From positions 1 to 64,000 of the IMG/VR virus record IMGVR_UViG_3300021326_000217: a stretch of DNA of 64,000 bases. The stretch is one strand, 5' to 3'. Made by a program: the position numbers and the translations under genes. The notes beneath the pieces were generated by a model, which saw only the letters and a list, made by a program, of their open reading frames with translations, searched no databases and was not told the origin of the DNA. Shown in pieces: positions 44,653 to 55,857 of the stretch (positions are counted from its first letter, which is position 1; each line of letters starts with the position of its first letter). Source of the DNA: a virus (Duplodnaviria > Caudoviricetes).

Positions 44653-45649
44653 AATATCAAATGAGTACGACAAAACGGTCGGCTCATTTTTTTATGATGT
44701 GGAAAAGCCTGTATCAACAGAGCTTGAAACCATGTACGCTCAGGTTGAGGATATATTAAAAAACGGCTTTGCAAAGACTGCCGAGGGCGAATATCTCGAC
44801 AATAAGGTATTGGAGCAAGGCTTAACCCGAAAGGCGGCAACAGCATCAACAGTAACGGTTAAAATCACAGGCACACCGAACAGCAGTGTGTCAGTCGGTG
44901 ACAAAGTCGCATCAGAAGAACTTGTATTTACTATTATTGAAAACGCATCTCTTGATTCAAGCGGCATTGCTCATGTTTTGGCAAGTTGCGACACGCTTGG
45001 GAGAATTGGAAATATCCCCATTGGAGCAATAAATAAATTCCCTGTTACGCTCCCTGGGCTTGTAACAGTTACCAATGAAGAAGCGGCATCGGGCGGTTAT
45101 GATGAGGAAACTGACGATGAACTGCGTGAGAGGTACTTTGAAAAGGTATCGCTCCCTGCCACATCGGGAAGTAAACACCACTATGTTGCATGGGCAAAGG
45201 AAGTCAGCGGTGTCGGTGATGCAAAGTGTATACCGCTTTGGAACGGCAACGGAACGGTTAAAGTTATTATTATAAATTCTGATAAAGGTGTGGCGGACAT
45301 CGACCTTATAAACGAGGTCGCTTCTCATATTGAGGAAAACCGTCCGATAGGTGCATCGGTTACGGTCGAAAGTGCTACTCCGCTACCTATAAATATTTCT
45401 GTTTCACTCGTACTTGCAGGCGGTGTCACGGAGGAAACGGCTCGAAACAGGATTTCAAACAGCATAACCGAATTCCTGCAGAAAAAAGCGTTCTCTTCGG
45501 CTTACATTTCCTTTGCACAGATTGGCGGCTGTATCTTAAACTGTGAAGGTATTACGGACTATACCAATCTCACCATTAACGGAGGAACTGCAAATATAGA
45601 AGTCTCCGAAACCGCCGTGCCTGTTTTGGGAGGTGTTACAATTGTTTGA
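44615..45649 (+). CDS. Baseplate J-like protein (XkdT)
   Basis: TAEGEYLD, GGYDEETDDELRER, WAKEVSGVG.AK..P.WNG.GTVKV. Confidence 0.92.
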   Translation: MTQEEILSRLLSKISNEYDKTVGSFFYDVEKPVSTELETMYAQVEDILKNGFAKTAEGEYLDNKVLEQGLTRKAATASTVTVKITGTPNSSVSVGDKVASEELVFTIIENASLDSSGIAHVLASCDTLGRIGNIPIGAINKFPVTLPGLVTVTNEEAASGGYDEETDDELRERYFEKVSLPATSGSKHHYVAWAKEVSGVGDAKCIPLWNGNGTVKVIIINSDKGVADIDLINEVASHIEENRPIGASVTVESATPLPINISVSLVLAGGVTEETARNRISNSITEFLQKKAFSSAYISFAQIGGCILNCEGITDYTNLTINGGTANIEVSETAVPVLGGVTIV

Positions 45650-46283
45650 TGGTATGCCTTCATATTACAGAAAATCTGCTGTTATGAAAGAAATTGTTGA
45701 CAGTATAGAAGCGGAATTCAGTCGGTTACAAAATGAAACCAACTTAACGGAAAATCAGTTTTTTGTTATTCTGTCCGACCGTGATATTTCAAAGCATGAA
45801 CAGGATGTGGGACTTACCCCCGACAGTGAAGCGGACATAGACACACGCAGAGGTCGTGTTTTATCAAAGCTCCGTGGAACGGGTACAGTTACAAAGGCTA
45901 TGATGAAGAATGTTGCAAAGTCATTTATAAACGGTGAAATTGAAATCATCGAACACCCGTCCGAATATGCCTTTGCGGTCAAATTCACATCAAAAACAGG
46001 TATCCCATACAACCTTTCGGATATACAAGCAATGATTGAGGAAATAAAGCCTGCTCACCTTGCGGTCGAGTACATTTTCACTTATCGGCTGTGGCAGGAC
46101 ATCTTGGACGAGCTTGGAAATTGGGATACGGTTAAAGCACATACTTGGGATTGGCTTCTGACATTTGAAGTCGTAAAATCCCTGTTGGTAATAGGAAATT
46201 ATGTATATTACTGTCCCGATGACAGAGGGAATGCCAAAGTCGTATGGGACGGAAACAAAGCGTATGCAAGATTGGAGGCTTAA
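45642..46283 (+). CDS. XkdU/YmfQ (DUF2313-like) baseplate protein
   Basis: RRGRVLSKLRG.GT.T, IEEIKPAHL; TTG start. Confidence 0.85.
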   Translation: MFDGMPSYYRKSAVMKEIVDSIEAEFSRLQNETNLTENQFFVILSDRDISKHEQDVGLTPDSEADIDTRRGRVLSKLRGTGTVTKAMMKNVAKSFINGEIEIIEHPSEYAFAVKFTSKTGIPYNLSDIQAMIEEIKPAHLAVEYIFTYRLWQDILDELGNWDTVKAHTWDWLLTFEVVKSLLVIGNYVYYCPDDRGNAKVVWDGNKAYARLEA

Positions 46284-46285
46284 AC

Positions 46286-48226
46286 ATGGCGGAAATACAT
46301 CCTAACGATATCGGTCTTGCCACTTATGCCGATGTCGGCAATGTGGAAAGATTAAGGACAACGGCAAAAACAGTCGTTGAGGCAATCAACGAAATCTATC
46401 AGACAGGCGGAGGCGGCTCATCTGTTGATGGCGACCAAGTATATGTTGACGGAGAAAATAATGTTATTATCGGCAAAGGAAATATTGTATACGGCAATAA
46501 TAACCTTGTCATCGGGTCAAATAATACTGTTGTCGGAGACAATATAAATCTCTTTGGAAATAACAAAACAATTTATAAAAATCCGTATAACGGCTTTTAT
46601 GTCAATTGGTTTGATACTGACGGAAAAATATACTATGACTGCTTTGATGAAACTGGACAAACCCAACCTGCTCCGTTTGAGATTGGCGATAAAGTAGCTC
46701 TGTCATTTTCGGTAAGCTGGGCAGACTCTGAATGGACGGATTGGGTGTATATTGAATCGGGATTGCAGTTATGCGAAATAACCGAAATAGGCAATGGCTA
46801 TCTTAAGGTGAGCGGCTTAGATGCAACTTTTGAACCACCTGATGATATTCACACAAATTTAGATTATCCGTATGTAAACACCTTTGTTGCACTCAATGAA
46901 GATTTTTCGTATGAAGGCATAAAGACCGCAATTCTTATGGGGTCAGAAGCAACAGGAAATTACAGTGTATCTATGGGATTTGGACACGCAACGGGATATA
47001 ACAGTTTTGCGGCAAACTCCGCAACGGCTTCAAACAGTGGTACAGCCGCTTTCAGTTACGGAAAAGCCACAGGGATTTATTCTTTTGCGGCAAACTCAGG
47101 ACAGGCAAATGCAGAGCGCAGTGCCGCTTTAAATCAGTCGTACAATTATTCACCCTATTCCTTTTCGTGCGGAGATTATACAAGAATTTACGGGAGACCT
47201 TTAAAATGCGTATCGCTTAACAATTCCGCAAAAACGCTAACCATTGAAAGCGGACAGGACACCACGAATATTGTAGGCAAAAAAATAGTCATCCGTTGCT
47301 ATAACACAAACAATGCGATTTTGTTCAGAGAAGCAACAATAAGCAGTATCAGTAATAATGTTTTAACGCTGACTGATGTAAGCTTTTCTACAAATTCATA
47401 TAAAGAAACCCTATTCCCCCAACCGTATGCTTTTGTTTTAGACACCTCTTCGTCTTATACATTAGCTGATTTTGTAAGCGGCTATTACAGCATTGCAACA
47501 GGCAAATACTCTTTTGCTCACGGGATTCATGTTATGTCCGCCGTTCCAGGAGCTACTACATTCGGAAAGTATGGCAATAATGAGGAATGGTTTTCATTAG
47601 GGCTTGCAAATGGTGAAAATCTTAAATCTCCTGGCATGGCATTCTTGGTACGCTCCAATGGTAATGTATCCGCTGACGGTGAATATACATCACCTTGCGC
47701 TGACTATGCCGAGTTTTTTGAATGGGCGGATGGTAATCCCGATGCAGAAGACAGAGCAGGATATTTTGTGAAGCTGTCGGGTGACAAAATCGTGAAGTGC
47801 GAGGACTTTGATATACCTCTCGGCATTGTGTCCGCTACTCCTGCCATTGTTGGTGACAGTGGTGAGATGCATTGGCAGGGAAAGTATATAACAGACGATT
47901 TCGGTCGTGTACAATATCACGATGTTATCGTTCCTGCGGAATATGATGAGGAAGGAAATGTTCTTGTGGAAGAACACATCGAAAGCCAGCCGGTACTCAA
48001 CCCCGAATGGAATGCGGAAATTAAATATGTGCCGAGAAAAGACCGCCCCGAATGGGCAACGGTCGGTGTAATCGGAAAGCTCATTGTTTATGATAATGGT
48101 ACTTTGCAATCGGGTGATGTTTGCAGATGCGGCGAGGGTGGTATTGCAATAAGGTCTATTGACAATGGTTATCCCGTCCTGAAAAGAATCGCCGATGACA
48201 AGGTTTTAATTTGGTTTAAGGGGTGA
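46286..48226 (+). CDS. Tail fibre/adhesin with a C-terminal Peptidase_G2-like autocleaving chaperone
   Basis: Adhesin-head-like A/G/S repeats (ATGNYSVSMG, ATGYNSFAAN); ADYAEFFEWADGNPDAEDR.GYFV; RKDRPEW..VG..GKL. Confidence 0.8.
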   Translation: MAEIHPNDIGLATYADVGNVERLRTTAKTVVEAINEIYQTGGGGSSVDGDQVYVDGENNVIIGKGNIVYGNNNLVIGSNNTVVGDNINLFGNNKTIYKNPYNGFYVNWFDTDGKIYYDCFDETGQTQPAPFEIGDKVALSFSVSWADSEWTDWVYIESGLQLCEITEIGNGYLKVSGLDATFEPPDDIHTNLDYPYVNTFVALNEDFSYEGIKTAILMGSEATGNYSVSMGFGHATGYNSFAANSATASNSGTAAFSYGKATGIYSFAANSGQANAERSAALNQSYNYSPYSFSCGDYTRIYGRPLKCVSLNNSAKTLTIESGQDTTNIVGKKIVIRCYNTNNAILFREATISSISNNVLTLTDVSFSTNSYKETLFPQPYAFVLDTSSSYTLADFVSGYYSIATGKYSFAHGIHVMSAVPGATTFGKYGNNEEWFSLGLANGENLKSPGMAFLVRSNGNVSADGEYTSPCADYAEFFEWADGNPDAEDRAGYFVKLSGDKIVKCEDFDIPLGIVSATPAIVGDSGEMHWQGKYITDDFGRVQYHDVIVPAEYDEEGNVLVEEHIESQPVLNPEWNAEIKYVPRKDRPEWATVGVIGKLIVYDNGTLQSGDVCRCGEGGIAIRSIDNGYPVLKRIADDKVLIWFKG

Positions 48227-48856
48227 TTGATTATGCCGAGAGAAACTACAAACTATAACCTTCAAAAACCTTTATACACGGAAAATGCCGACATTGCTGT
48301 AATCAATGCAGACCTTGATAGTATAGATGCGGCTCTGACACCTACAGTTTCAGCCACGAACGCACCCTCAAGCGGCTCATCGGGCGGCAAGCTGTCTGTT
48401 GTTCTCGGTTGGATAGCAAACCGCATCAAGGCTATAACGGGGCTTACCTCGTGGCAATCTAACCCTTCCGTCAACTTGGAGGATTGTAAAAATCATATCC
48501 AAAACGGAACTCACTCAGTTGCATCCGCTTCTGCAAGCGGTTTTATGAGTGCGGCTGATAAAACGAAACTCGACAATGCGACCGACTCCAATACGGCAAG
48601 CCGCCTGATGATGCGTGACAGTAGCGGACGGGCAAAGGTGGCAAGTCCATCCTCAACATACGATATTGCGAATAAAACCTATGTTGATACAAACTTTGTA
48701 AGGAAAAATGCCGATACTACTATGACGGCAAAGCTAACCGCTTATTCTAACACCTCATATACGACTAAACAGGTCAGAAATATTGTGTTTTGGACGAGTG
48801 GGGCTACCCCTCCGACAACGAGCAACGGTGATATTGTCATTAAGACATTCATTTAA
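48227..48856 (+). CDS. Tail fibre-related protein
   Basis: ETTNYNLQKP...ADI.VIN...IDAAL; ASGFMSAADKTKLD fibre repeat. Confidence 0.7.
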   Translation: MIMPRETTNYNLQKPLYTENADIAVINADLDSIDAALTPTVSATNAPSSGSSGGKLSVVLGWIANRIKAITGLTSWQSNPSVNLEDCKNHIQNGTHSVASASASGFMSAADKTKLDNATDSNTASRLMMRDSSGRAKVASPSSTYDIANKTYVDTNFVRKNADTTMTAKLTAYSNTSYTTKQVRNIVFWTSGATPPTTSNGDIVIKTFI

Positions 48857-48868
48857 AGGTGATGCACT

Positions 48869-49726
48869 ATGGCAACAATAAATTTTACTTACGATTACCC
48901 GTATTGCGGTTACGGTGACACGGGGCGATACAGAAACCACTGGTCTGAAACCCGTACAACCATAAACGGTAATTACACCTATCCAATGCTATTTAACTCA
49001 ACCGTACCAAAAGTATCATATTTAACTATTGCTGTGGAAGTGACAAATACAGGGTCAGGAACAGTTATGGGTATCAGTTGGGACTTTAAAGTATACAGAA
49101 GCAGTGGTGGGTGGACTACCGTTAAATCTTTTACTATGCCGAGCGATGGTATCTATACCCTTGACTGCGAGGTGGCAAATTATAATATTACGCAGTTTGC
49201 TTTTGTCCCTTCTTCTCGACAGTCTTCAAGCCGAACATGGGATGTTTGGTATAATGTTGAGAAAATGACAATCACGGAAACGATTGATGTAAACGAGGTT
49301 GAAACAGGCGTATTCCAATACGGTTTTTTTACAAACCGTTCAGGAGTTAAAAAAGATTTAACCGAGGTTTATGCGAATGTCGATGGAACTTTGCTACAAG
49401 CAACAGATATTCTCGTGAATATTGATGGTGACCTGATTTCGCTCGCACCCGTTTACTCTGCAAACTTGAAAACGGAAGCTGAAACAATGGCTTTATATAG
49501 CTTTATACCACCTTCGGACGGAACTTACAAAATACAAGTAAAACGGTTAACGGGTGACCATGAAATTCGGCTGTATGACAGCACATTCACACAACTATAT
49601 GACGGATATTTTTATGGAAGGAGCTTTTCCTTAACGGAAGGCTCCGTTTATTATATAACCCTTACACACTATCTAAACGCAGAAGAAAGCGAAAGCTATC
49701 TGCAAATATATAAGGAGGGCGTATGA
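48869..49726 (+). CDS. Hypothetical beta-rich tail/receptor-binding protein
   Basis: Aromatic/Thr-rich ORF in the fibre module. Confidence 0.55.
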   Translation: MATINFTYDYPYCGYGDTGRYRNHWSETRTTINGNYTYPMLFNSTVPKVSYLTIAVEVTNTGSGTVMGISWDFKVYRSSGGWTTVKSFTMPSDGIYTLDCEVANYNITQFAFVPSSRQSSSRTWDVWYNVEKMTITETIDVNEVETGVFQYGFFTNRSGVKKDLTEVYANVDGTLLQATDILVNIDGDLISLAPVYSANLKTEAETMALYSFIPPSDGTYKIQVKRLTGDHEIRLYDSTFTQLYDGYFYGRSFSLTEGSVYYITLTHYLNAEESESYLQIYKEGV

Positions 49727-52700
49727 TATTCAAATTCAAAGTCGTTGGCGATACGCTGACAGCAACAGACAAACAAATATCCATATACACGGGGAATATC
49801 AACACCTATGAATGCGAGTTTGAATTCAGTCGTTCTTGGGATGAAATTCCCTTTAAAATTGCTGTTTTTAATAATGTGCTTGTCGTTCTTGAAAACGGCA
49901 AATGCACCGTACCTGCCGAACTGCTCCACAATCAAGGCAGGATAGATATAGGCGTATTCGGTACAAACGCTGATGAAGCCATGAAACGGCTATCCACAAA
50001 CCTTATAAGCATCAATGTTGTTACGGGTGCGTACCGTGAAGGAACTGCACCGATTGAACCACTCCCCGAATTATGGGAACAAATAATAAGGCTTATACAC
50101 TCAAAAGCAGATGGCGATTCCGTTGACAGTCGCTTTGCTGTGTTAAACGGAATTACCGATGGCTTAATTCAAAGCGTAGCAGAGCTTACCGAGGCACAAG
50201 CGGACACAGCTTCCCGACAAGCAGTTACCGAAGGCAGGATAACCGAGCTACAAAATAGTGATACAAGGCACGATACAAGCATTACGAATTTGTCAAGCCG
50301 TATCTCCACGCAAGAAACAAAAATGAATACTGCCAATTCAAATATTACAAGTATCAAAAGCCGAATGACAAATGTTGAAACGCAAGCAAATCAAACGGCA
50401 CAAGAGATAACCGAAATAGACGACAGGCTTGCCGATATTGAATCTGATGCGGAAGATACGGATTATACCATGCAGGTGCTTGATACCCGTATTACCGATG
50501 CGGAATCGGACATTGACGAATTAAAGAAAGCTCCAAAGACTGGATATTCCTTTAACAGGCAGTTTTCCGTTGACGGCAGTTTGGTTTCTGTGGGCAATAC
50601 AAAATCCGAAATAGTAATTGACCTTCAGGACATAATTGCAAAAGGTACAGACGGTTATCGTGTTGATTTGCCGAGTGATGAGCAGGTCAGGATAACTTGG
50701 CAGGGGCTTCGTGATATTGTTATTCCGACATCAACAGCTACAAGCTACGGGTCTGTATCTAATAAGTACGGAAAAATAATCTCATCCGTAAGCGGAACGG
50801 TTATCAGCTTACCTGCAGGTGTTGATTACACTTCCGATATGGACTTGTCAGATTACGAAACAGTTAATATTTTTCCGCTTATGCGTGATGAGTATGTCGA
50901 TAAGGACGGCTATACTTACGGTTTTGGAAATCGTCTTGTAACCTCCTCTGAATCCGCCGCTATACGGACATCATATTATCGCTGGCTTGATGCGGACGGA
51001 AACACACATACTTACTCGGACTGTGACGGCATCACTCTTGTAAATCTGTACTATAAAGACAGCGGAAATTATAACGACAACAGTATATGGAATCAGAGAA
51101 CTTGGAACACAGGAACGGGCGTAAACGGAAATGAATACTACATTCTAAACGGGCAAACGCAACACAAGCTCGAACAATATACCACTTCATGGGGAGTATT
51201 TCCGCATATAAAGCCTTCAAGCAACGATGAAGAACCGTATTTTTATGTGACGGTCAAAAAGATTGATGGTAGCCTGATACAGCTTAAAACGGTCAGCTAT
51301 ACCGAGTTTATGCTTGATACCGAACTCAATGTCGCAACGATGGATTCAAGCGGAAGAGCGTATCTGAAGCCCCATCCCGATTTACTGTTCTCCTTAAACG
51401 GAAGCAAGTTTATTTGTATTAACGGTCAAATAGCTTTCAAAAACATTTATGCGCTTGTAAAAATGGAAGGAAGCGAACTGCATAAGTCGACACAGCCTAT
51501 TGACAACGTAATCAAAACCTACGCAAACGGAAAACTGTATTTTATTCCTCACAGCGAGGTGTCAACATATGCTTCAAGCGTGAAAGGCAGTATCTATACG
51601 CATAACTATGATATTCTTCCAAAATCGGCTTATGGGCGGCTACAGATTGGTGAGACATATAATGGTCATGAGGGATTGATTAAATACAGAGTTATCCCTG
51701 CGCCGTCAACGAACATAGGGACAAAATTTGCACCGAACGGTCATATAACGAACACAAGAACCGAGCCGTTTCCAAGCGTTACTGGAACGAAGGGAACTCT
51801 CCGAACTACCAACGGCACAATAATCGGTTTCCCTGAACTTTTTTCTTACAAGACAGTTTATGACGAATGCACTGAAACAGAGCTTATACAAAGGTTTTCT
51901 GAAGAGGTGCTTCTAACAGCCGATATGATTTTGAGCTTTGAAAGAATCGGAACGCAAAACGGTGCAATCGTACAATTCAAAATACCGATCACCTCCGCAG
52001 AGGAAATTCCTGCGGTCAATAGTGCCGCAACAGCCGCAAACATACTGCAAGCAGGGTTTGAGGTCAAAAGCGAAAATGACATCACGGCTTATACCTCTTT
52101 CGGTTATGACAAATACGCTGTTGCTTTCACATATTCTGTAAATGCTGACTATGCCGTTCTCACCATAGCGCAAAACTATGGCGGCGGTCTTGCGGCTTTA
52201 AAGCAGGGCTTAAAGCTCGCACAATATACATTCCGATATGAGCTTGCGAAACCGAAACGGAAATACAATATTGACAAGTTGTATATCCACAGTGGTGACA
52301 TCATAACCTTTATGCCCGAAGGCGGCTATTTGCCGTATAAAAGCCTTGTGCTTGAAACCCCCGATAATACCGAAGCGGCACTCGGAATGATAGAGCCTGT
52401 AACAACGAACATAAACGATTTGAATTACAGAGTTGAAAATATTGAAGTGTCGAAGGATTATGGCAAAATCGGTAAAGGTGACGGTGTGACGGACGATACA
52501 CAGGCTATACAGACGGCTATCAATCAAACGGCTTCTATAAATCCAACCTATGCCCGTGAAGTTGTTATAACCGCAGGTGTCTATAGAATTTCCTCGCCGC
52601 TTAAAATGAATGTCGAACACATGACCCTGCGTGGCGAAGGCGAGGTTATCCTTTGGGCTACCGAGGACAACTATGAGCCGATTATCCGTGTAATGGCAGG

Positions 52701-54594
52701 TGGCTGTAAGATAGAAAACATCAAGATTTATCTTGCAAAAACCGCAGATGATACAAATTATCTAAATCCAGGCGGCGATTATATGGGATACTTAAAATCC
52801 TATAAAGAAACAGCCGCCGCAAACTCTGAGGGTAATGGACATTACTGTGGTATATATGTTGATACGGGCGGAGTTTTCGGTGACGGCGAAGGCGTATACG
52901 GTTTCTATAACCTTACCGTGCGTGATGTTACCGTTCAGGGAGCTTTTCGTTATTCAACCAAATTCATCGAAAAATCGTATGGCGTGTATTTCCCAAAGAT
53001 TGGCTACTGCTATTTTACAACGATTGATAATTGCCATTTCAATTCCGTTATGTGCGGTCTTTACCTCGGCGGTGGTCAACCGAGCGATGTGCATTGTAAA
53101 TTCGATGTCGGTGAAGATATTTATGGGCTTGGCGCACTCGGTAACGCTAACACCTTTCAACATAAAAACTGTTATAACGTGATGGGATGCAGGTATGGAG
53201 CGATTTCGTATTCATACGGCAACACACTCCGAATTGATGGACAGGCATCGGGCGAGGACAGCATGAATCCGTATGTTTACGATGCAGATGAGCGTGAAAT
53301 GCCGCTTGATGAGAATACTGCGTGGGTAGAAAACACACAGGCTTTTCGGTACAATCCCGAAACGGACGAGTTTGAAGCAATTGACGGCGAAACCGTTATG
53401 GGCTTCCCATCCGAGATTGGGCTATGGCGTAAGGTCACTGATGCAGGAGTTTTAATGCACGGGAAGTCAAACAAAATTGAGGAGATGATTTTTGACCATC
53501 AAAGAACGACCTACGGTGCAATTTACCTGACTTCAAAATCGTCCTGCTGTTTATATACCTCGTATTCAGCATCAGGTGTGGCGTATGGCAGAACAGGCTT
53601 GACTTGGATACGTGATATGTATATTCCCATCGAAAAGGATGCAAATGGCAAATACATCAAATGGGCGTTATGGCGAAGCAGGGACACAAGCGAAAATGCT
53701 ACCGATTGCGGTCTAAACAACAGGGCAATCAATGCAAATATGCTTGAAAACGAGCATAAATTTGGTGCAGGTATGGTTTCGTCTCTTGACAAATACGGCT
53801 TGAGCCTTGCCTTTCCGAGAACAGTTGACAAAACGGACGATGTTGCGGCTTATGCCGATAAGGTCGGCTATGTCAAGTGCTTCTATGTGAATGAGAAGTT
53901 CGAGGAAGAAGAAATCACCGAGTTTTGGAGAGGTCATCCGCAGAAGAATAAAACTGTGACGGATATATCACCACTTTTCAGACCAGAATGTAACATCCCT
54001 CTTTTCGGTATCAGCACGGGTATAACTTTCAAACAAATACCTACGCACGAGCATCCGATAATCATTGAGATAGATTTTGGCAGAAGTATTATGGGTATTT
54101 CAAGCGGTATAATTCGCTTTAACCGCTTTATTGGTGCTGACATATGCTTTTCATATTTCATAAACGGTGATTGGACGCATTACTTTAACCGATATGAGGA
54201 GAACATGAACGCAGAGCTATTTTGGAACACTTACAATTTCAACGGAACACAAAATGCTCGAAACCTTATAGACAAGGTGCGCATAAAGCTCGGTGATGCA
54301 TATATGCCAATGCTCGAAAATGAGGTCAAATACAATGACGGCGAAACATCAAAAACATATCCTGCAGGAACGAGATACAATCCCGATGGGTATGTGGGTA
54401 TCAGTAAAATCTTTATTGCCGATGTAAACGGCGGCGGTCGTGCGTTTATGACGAAAAGCGGAGGTGATGTTTATGGGGACATAAATGCAGACGGAAAGGT
54501 AGAAAGCAAAAGCGGTATTGTTAAGCTCGGCAATACCTCGCTTACGGAAGAGCAGTTACAAAAACTATTAAATCTTATTGATGAGGAGGAATGA
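49723..54594 (+). CDS. Large (1623 aa) receptor-binding/depolymerase-like protein
   Basis: Anchor-like N-terminus, coiled coil (about aa 150-270), beta-helix entry motif DYG..GKGDGVTDDTQAIQTAIN. Confidence 0.7.
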   Translation: MIFKFKVVGDTLTATDKQISIYTGNINTYECEFEFSRSWDEIPFKIAVFNNVLVVLENGKCTVPAELLHNQGRIDIGVFGTNADEAMKRLSTNLISINVVTGAYREGTAPIEPLPELWEQIIRLIHSKADGDSVDSRFAVLNGITDGLIQSVAELTEAQADTASRQAVTEGRITELQNSDTRHDTSITNLSSRISTQETKMNTANSNITSIKSRMTNVETQANQTAQEITEIDDRLADIESDAEDTDYTMQVLDTRITDAESDIDELKKAPKTGYSFNRQFSVDGSLVSVGNTKSEIVIDLQDIIAKGTDGYRVDLPSDEQVRITWQGLRDIVIPTSTATSYGSVSNKYGKIISSVSGTVISLPAGVDYTSDMDLSDYETVNIFPLMRDEYVDKDGYTYGFGNRLVTSSESAAIRTSYYRWLDADGNTHTYSDCDGITLVNLYYKDSGNYNDNSIWNQRTWNTGTGVNGNEYYILNGQTQHKLEQYTTSWGVFPHIKPSSNDEEPYFYVTVKKIDGSLIQLKTVSYTEFMLDTELNVATMDSSGRAYLKPHPDLLFSLNGSKFICINGQIAFKNIYALVKMEGSELHKSTQPIDNVIKTYANGKLYFIPHSEVSTYASSVKGSIYTHNYDILPKSAYGRLQIGETYNGHEGLIKYRVIPAPSTNIGTKFAPNGHITNTRTEPFPSVTGTKGTLRTTNGTIIGFPELFSYKTVYDECTETELIQRFSEEVLLTADMILSFERIGTQNGAIVQFKIPITSAEEIPAVNSAATAANILQAGFEVKSENDITAYTSFGYDKYAVAFTYSVNADYAVLTIAQNYGGGLAALKQGLKLAQYTFRYELAKPKRKYNIDKLYIHSGDIITFMPEGGYLPYKSLVLETPDNTEAALGMIEPVTTNINDLNYRVENIEVSKDYGKIGKGDGVTDDTQAIQTAINQTASINPTYAREVVITAGVYRISSPLKMNVEHMTLRGEGEVILWATEDNYEPIIRVMAGGCKIENIKIYLAKTADDTNYLNPGGDYMGYLKSYKETAAANSEGNGHYCGIYVDTGGVFGDGEGVYGFYNLTVRDVTVQGAFRYSTKFIEKSYGVYFPKIGYCYFTTIDNCHFNSVMCGLYLGGGQPSDVHCKFDVGEDIYGLGALGNANTFQHKNCYNVMGCRYGAISYSYGNTLRIDGQASGEDSMNPYVYDADEREMPLDENTAWVENTQAFRYNPETDEFEAIDGETVMGFPSEIGLWRKVTDAGVLMHGKSNKIEEMIFDHQRTTYGAIYLTSKSSCCLYTSYSASGVAYGRTGLTWIRDMYIPIEKDANGKYIKWALWRSRDTSENATDCGLNNRAINANMLENEHKFGAGMVSSLDKYGLSLAFPRTVDKTDDVAAYADKVGYVKCFYVNEKFEEEEITEFWRGHPQKNKTVTDISPLFRPECNIPLFGISTGITFKQIPTHEHPIIIEIDFGRSIMGISSGIIRFNRFIGADICFSYFINGDWTHYFNRYEENMNAELFWNTYNFNGTQNARNLIDKVRIKLGDAYMPMLENEVKYNDGETSKTYPAGTRYNPDGYVGISKIFIADVNGGGRAFMTKSGGDVYGDINADGKVESKSGIVKLGNTSLTEEQLQKLLNLIDEEE

Positions 54595-54599
54595 TTTTC

Positions 54600-55010
54600 A
54601 TGAAGGAACTATGGAACACCACACAATTCATATTTGCCGCATTAGGCGGATGGCTCGGATGGTTTCTGGGAGGTTTGGACGGATTGTTATATGCACTGAT
54701 TGCGTTTGTGGTGATTGACTACATAACGGGTGTTATGTGCGCAATCCTCGACAAAAGGCTATCAAGCCGAGTCGGATTTAAGGGCATCTGTAAAAAGGTG
54801 CTTATTTTTGCGCTTGTCGGTATGGGACATACCCTTGATACGCACATCATCGGGACAGGCTCGGTTTTGAGGACAGCGGTTATTTTCTTCTATATTTCCA
54901 ATGAAGGAGTATCCCTGTTGGAAAATGCAACATACCTCGGTCTGCCCGTGCCGCAGAAGCTGAAGGTTATATTAGCACAGCTACATAACCGTAGCGAAAA
55001 GGAGGAATGA
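54600..55010 (+). CDS. Holin (Phage_holin_4_1-like)
   Basis: GGWLGWFLGG.DG.L..L..F..IDYITG, S..GFKGI.KK, FYI.NEG.SLLEN. Confidence 0.9.
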   Translation: MKELWNTTQFIFAALGGWLGWFLGGLDGLLYALIAFVVIDYITGVMCAILDKRLSSRVGFKGICKKVLIFALVGMGHTLDTHIIGTGSVLRTAVIFFYISNEGVSLLENATYLGLPVPQKLKVILAQLHNRSEKEE

Positions 55011-55013
55011 CAA

Positions 55014-55847
55014 ATGCAGATTATAGAAAGCATTATGACTAAAAACCCGTGCTATACGGCAGGACGGAGGATCACGGTAAAGGGGCTTATGCTCCATTCG
55101 GTCGGCTGTCCGCAACCAAATGCACAGGTTTTTATCAGCAATTGGAATCGCTCCGATTATAAAAGTGCCTGTGTTCACGGCTTTATTGACGGGAACACGG
55201 GCATTGTTTATCAGACCCTTCCGTGGAATCACCGAGGTTGGCACGGCGGCGGCTCTTCCAATAACACGCATATCGGCGTGGAAATGTGTGAGCCTTCCTG
55301 TATCAAGTACACGGGAGGCTCGTCCTTTACCTGCTCAGATAAGGCAAAGGCGCAGGAGAGCGTAAGGACTACATACAGAGCAGCAGTAGAATTGTTTGCA
55401 ATGCTCTGTAAAAGGTTTAACCTTAATCCTTTGAAGGATATTGTTTCACACCGTGAAGGACACGCCCTCGGTATTGCCACCAATCACGGCGATCCCGAAC
55501 ATCTGTGGAAGGGTGTCGGGCTTAATTACACTATGGACGGATTCAGATCCGATGTTAAAAATAAAATGGAAAATAAGGAGGACGAATCTATGACTACAGA
55601 GGAAAGAAACAAATTTAATGCGCTTGTCGATGCGGTCGGTACTCTTACCGAGAAGGTCGATAAACTGGAGCATAAAATGATTTATGCTTGGGTAGACGAC
55701 AATATGCCCGACTGGGCAAAGCCTACCATTACCAAGCTCATGGCAAAAGGCTATCTTAAAGGTGATGAGGAAGGTAAACTTAACCTTGACGATAATATGC
55801 TTCGTATGCTCGTAATAAACGACCGTGCTGGAATATACGGTGAATAA
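55014..55847 (+). CDS. Endolysin, N-acetylmuramoyl-L-alanine amidase (Amidase_2)
   Basis: LMLHSVG, CVHGFID, GWHGG, GVEMCE, SHREG, H.DP. Confidence 0.92.
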   Translation: MQIIESIMTKNPCYTAGRRITVKGLMLHSVGCPQPNAQVFISNWNRSDYKSACVHGFIDGNTGIVYQTLPWNHRGWHGGGSSNNTHIGVEMCEPSCIKYTGGSSFTCSDKAKAQESVRTTYRAAVELFAMLCKRFNLNPLKDIVSHREGHALGIATNHGDPEHLWKGVGLNYTMDGFRSDVKNKMENKEDESMTTEERNKFNALVDAVGTLTEKVDKLEHKMIYAWVDDNMPDWAKPTITKLMAKGYLKGDEEGKLNLDDNMLRMLVINDRAGIYGE

Positions 55848-55857
55848 TCTGATTCAA

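Noticed and set aside
46286-54594. Diversity-generating retroelement targeting the fibres
   Set aside because: No reverse transcriptase (YxDD) ORF and no template/variable repeat pair was seen in the window.
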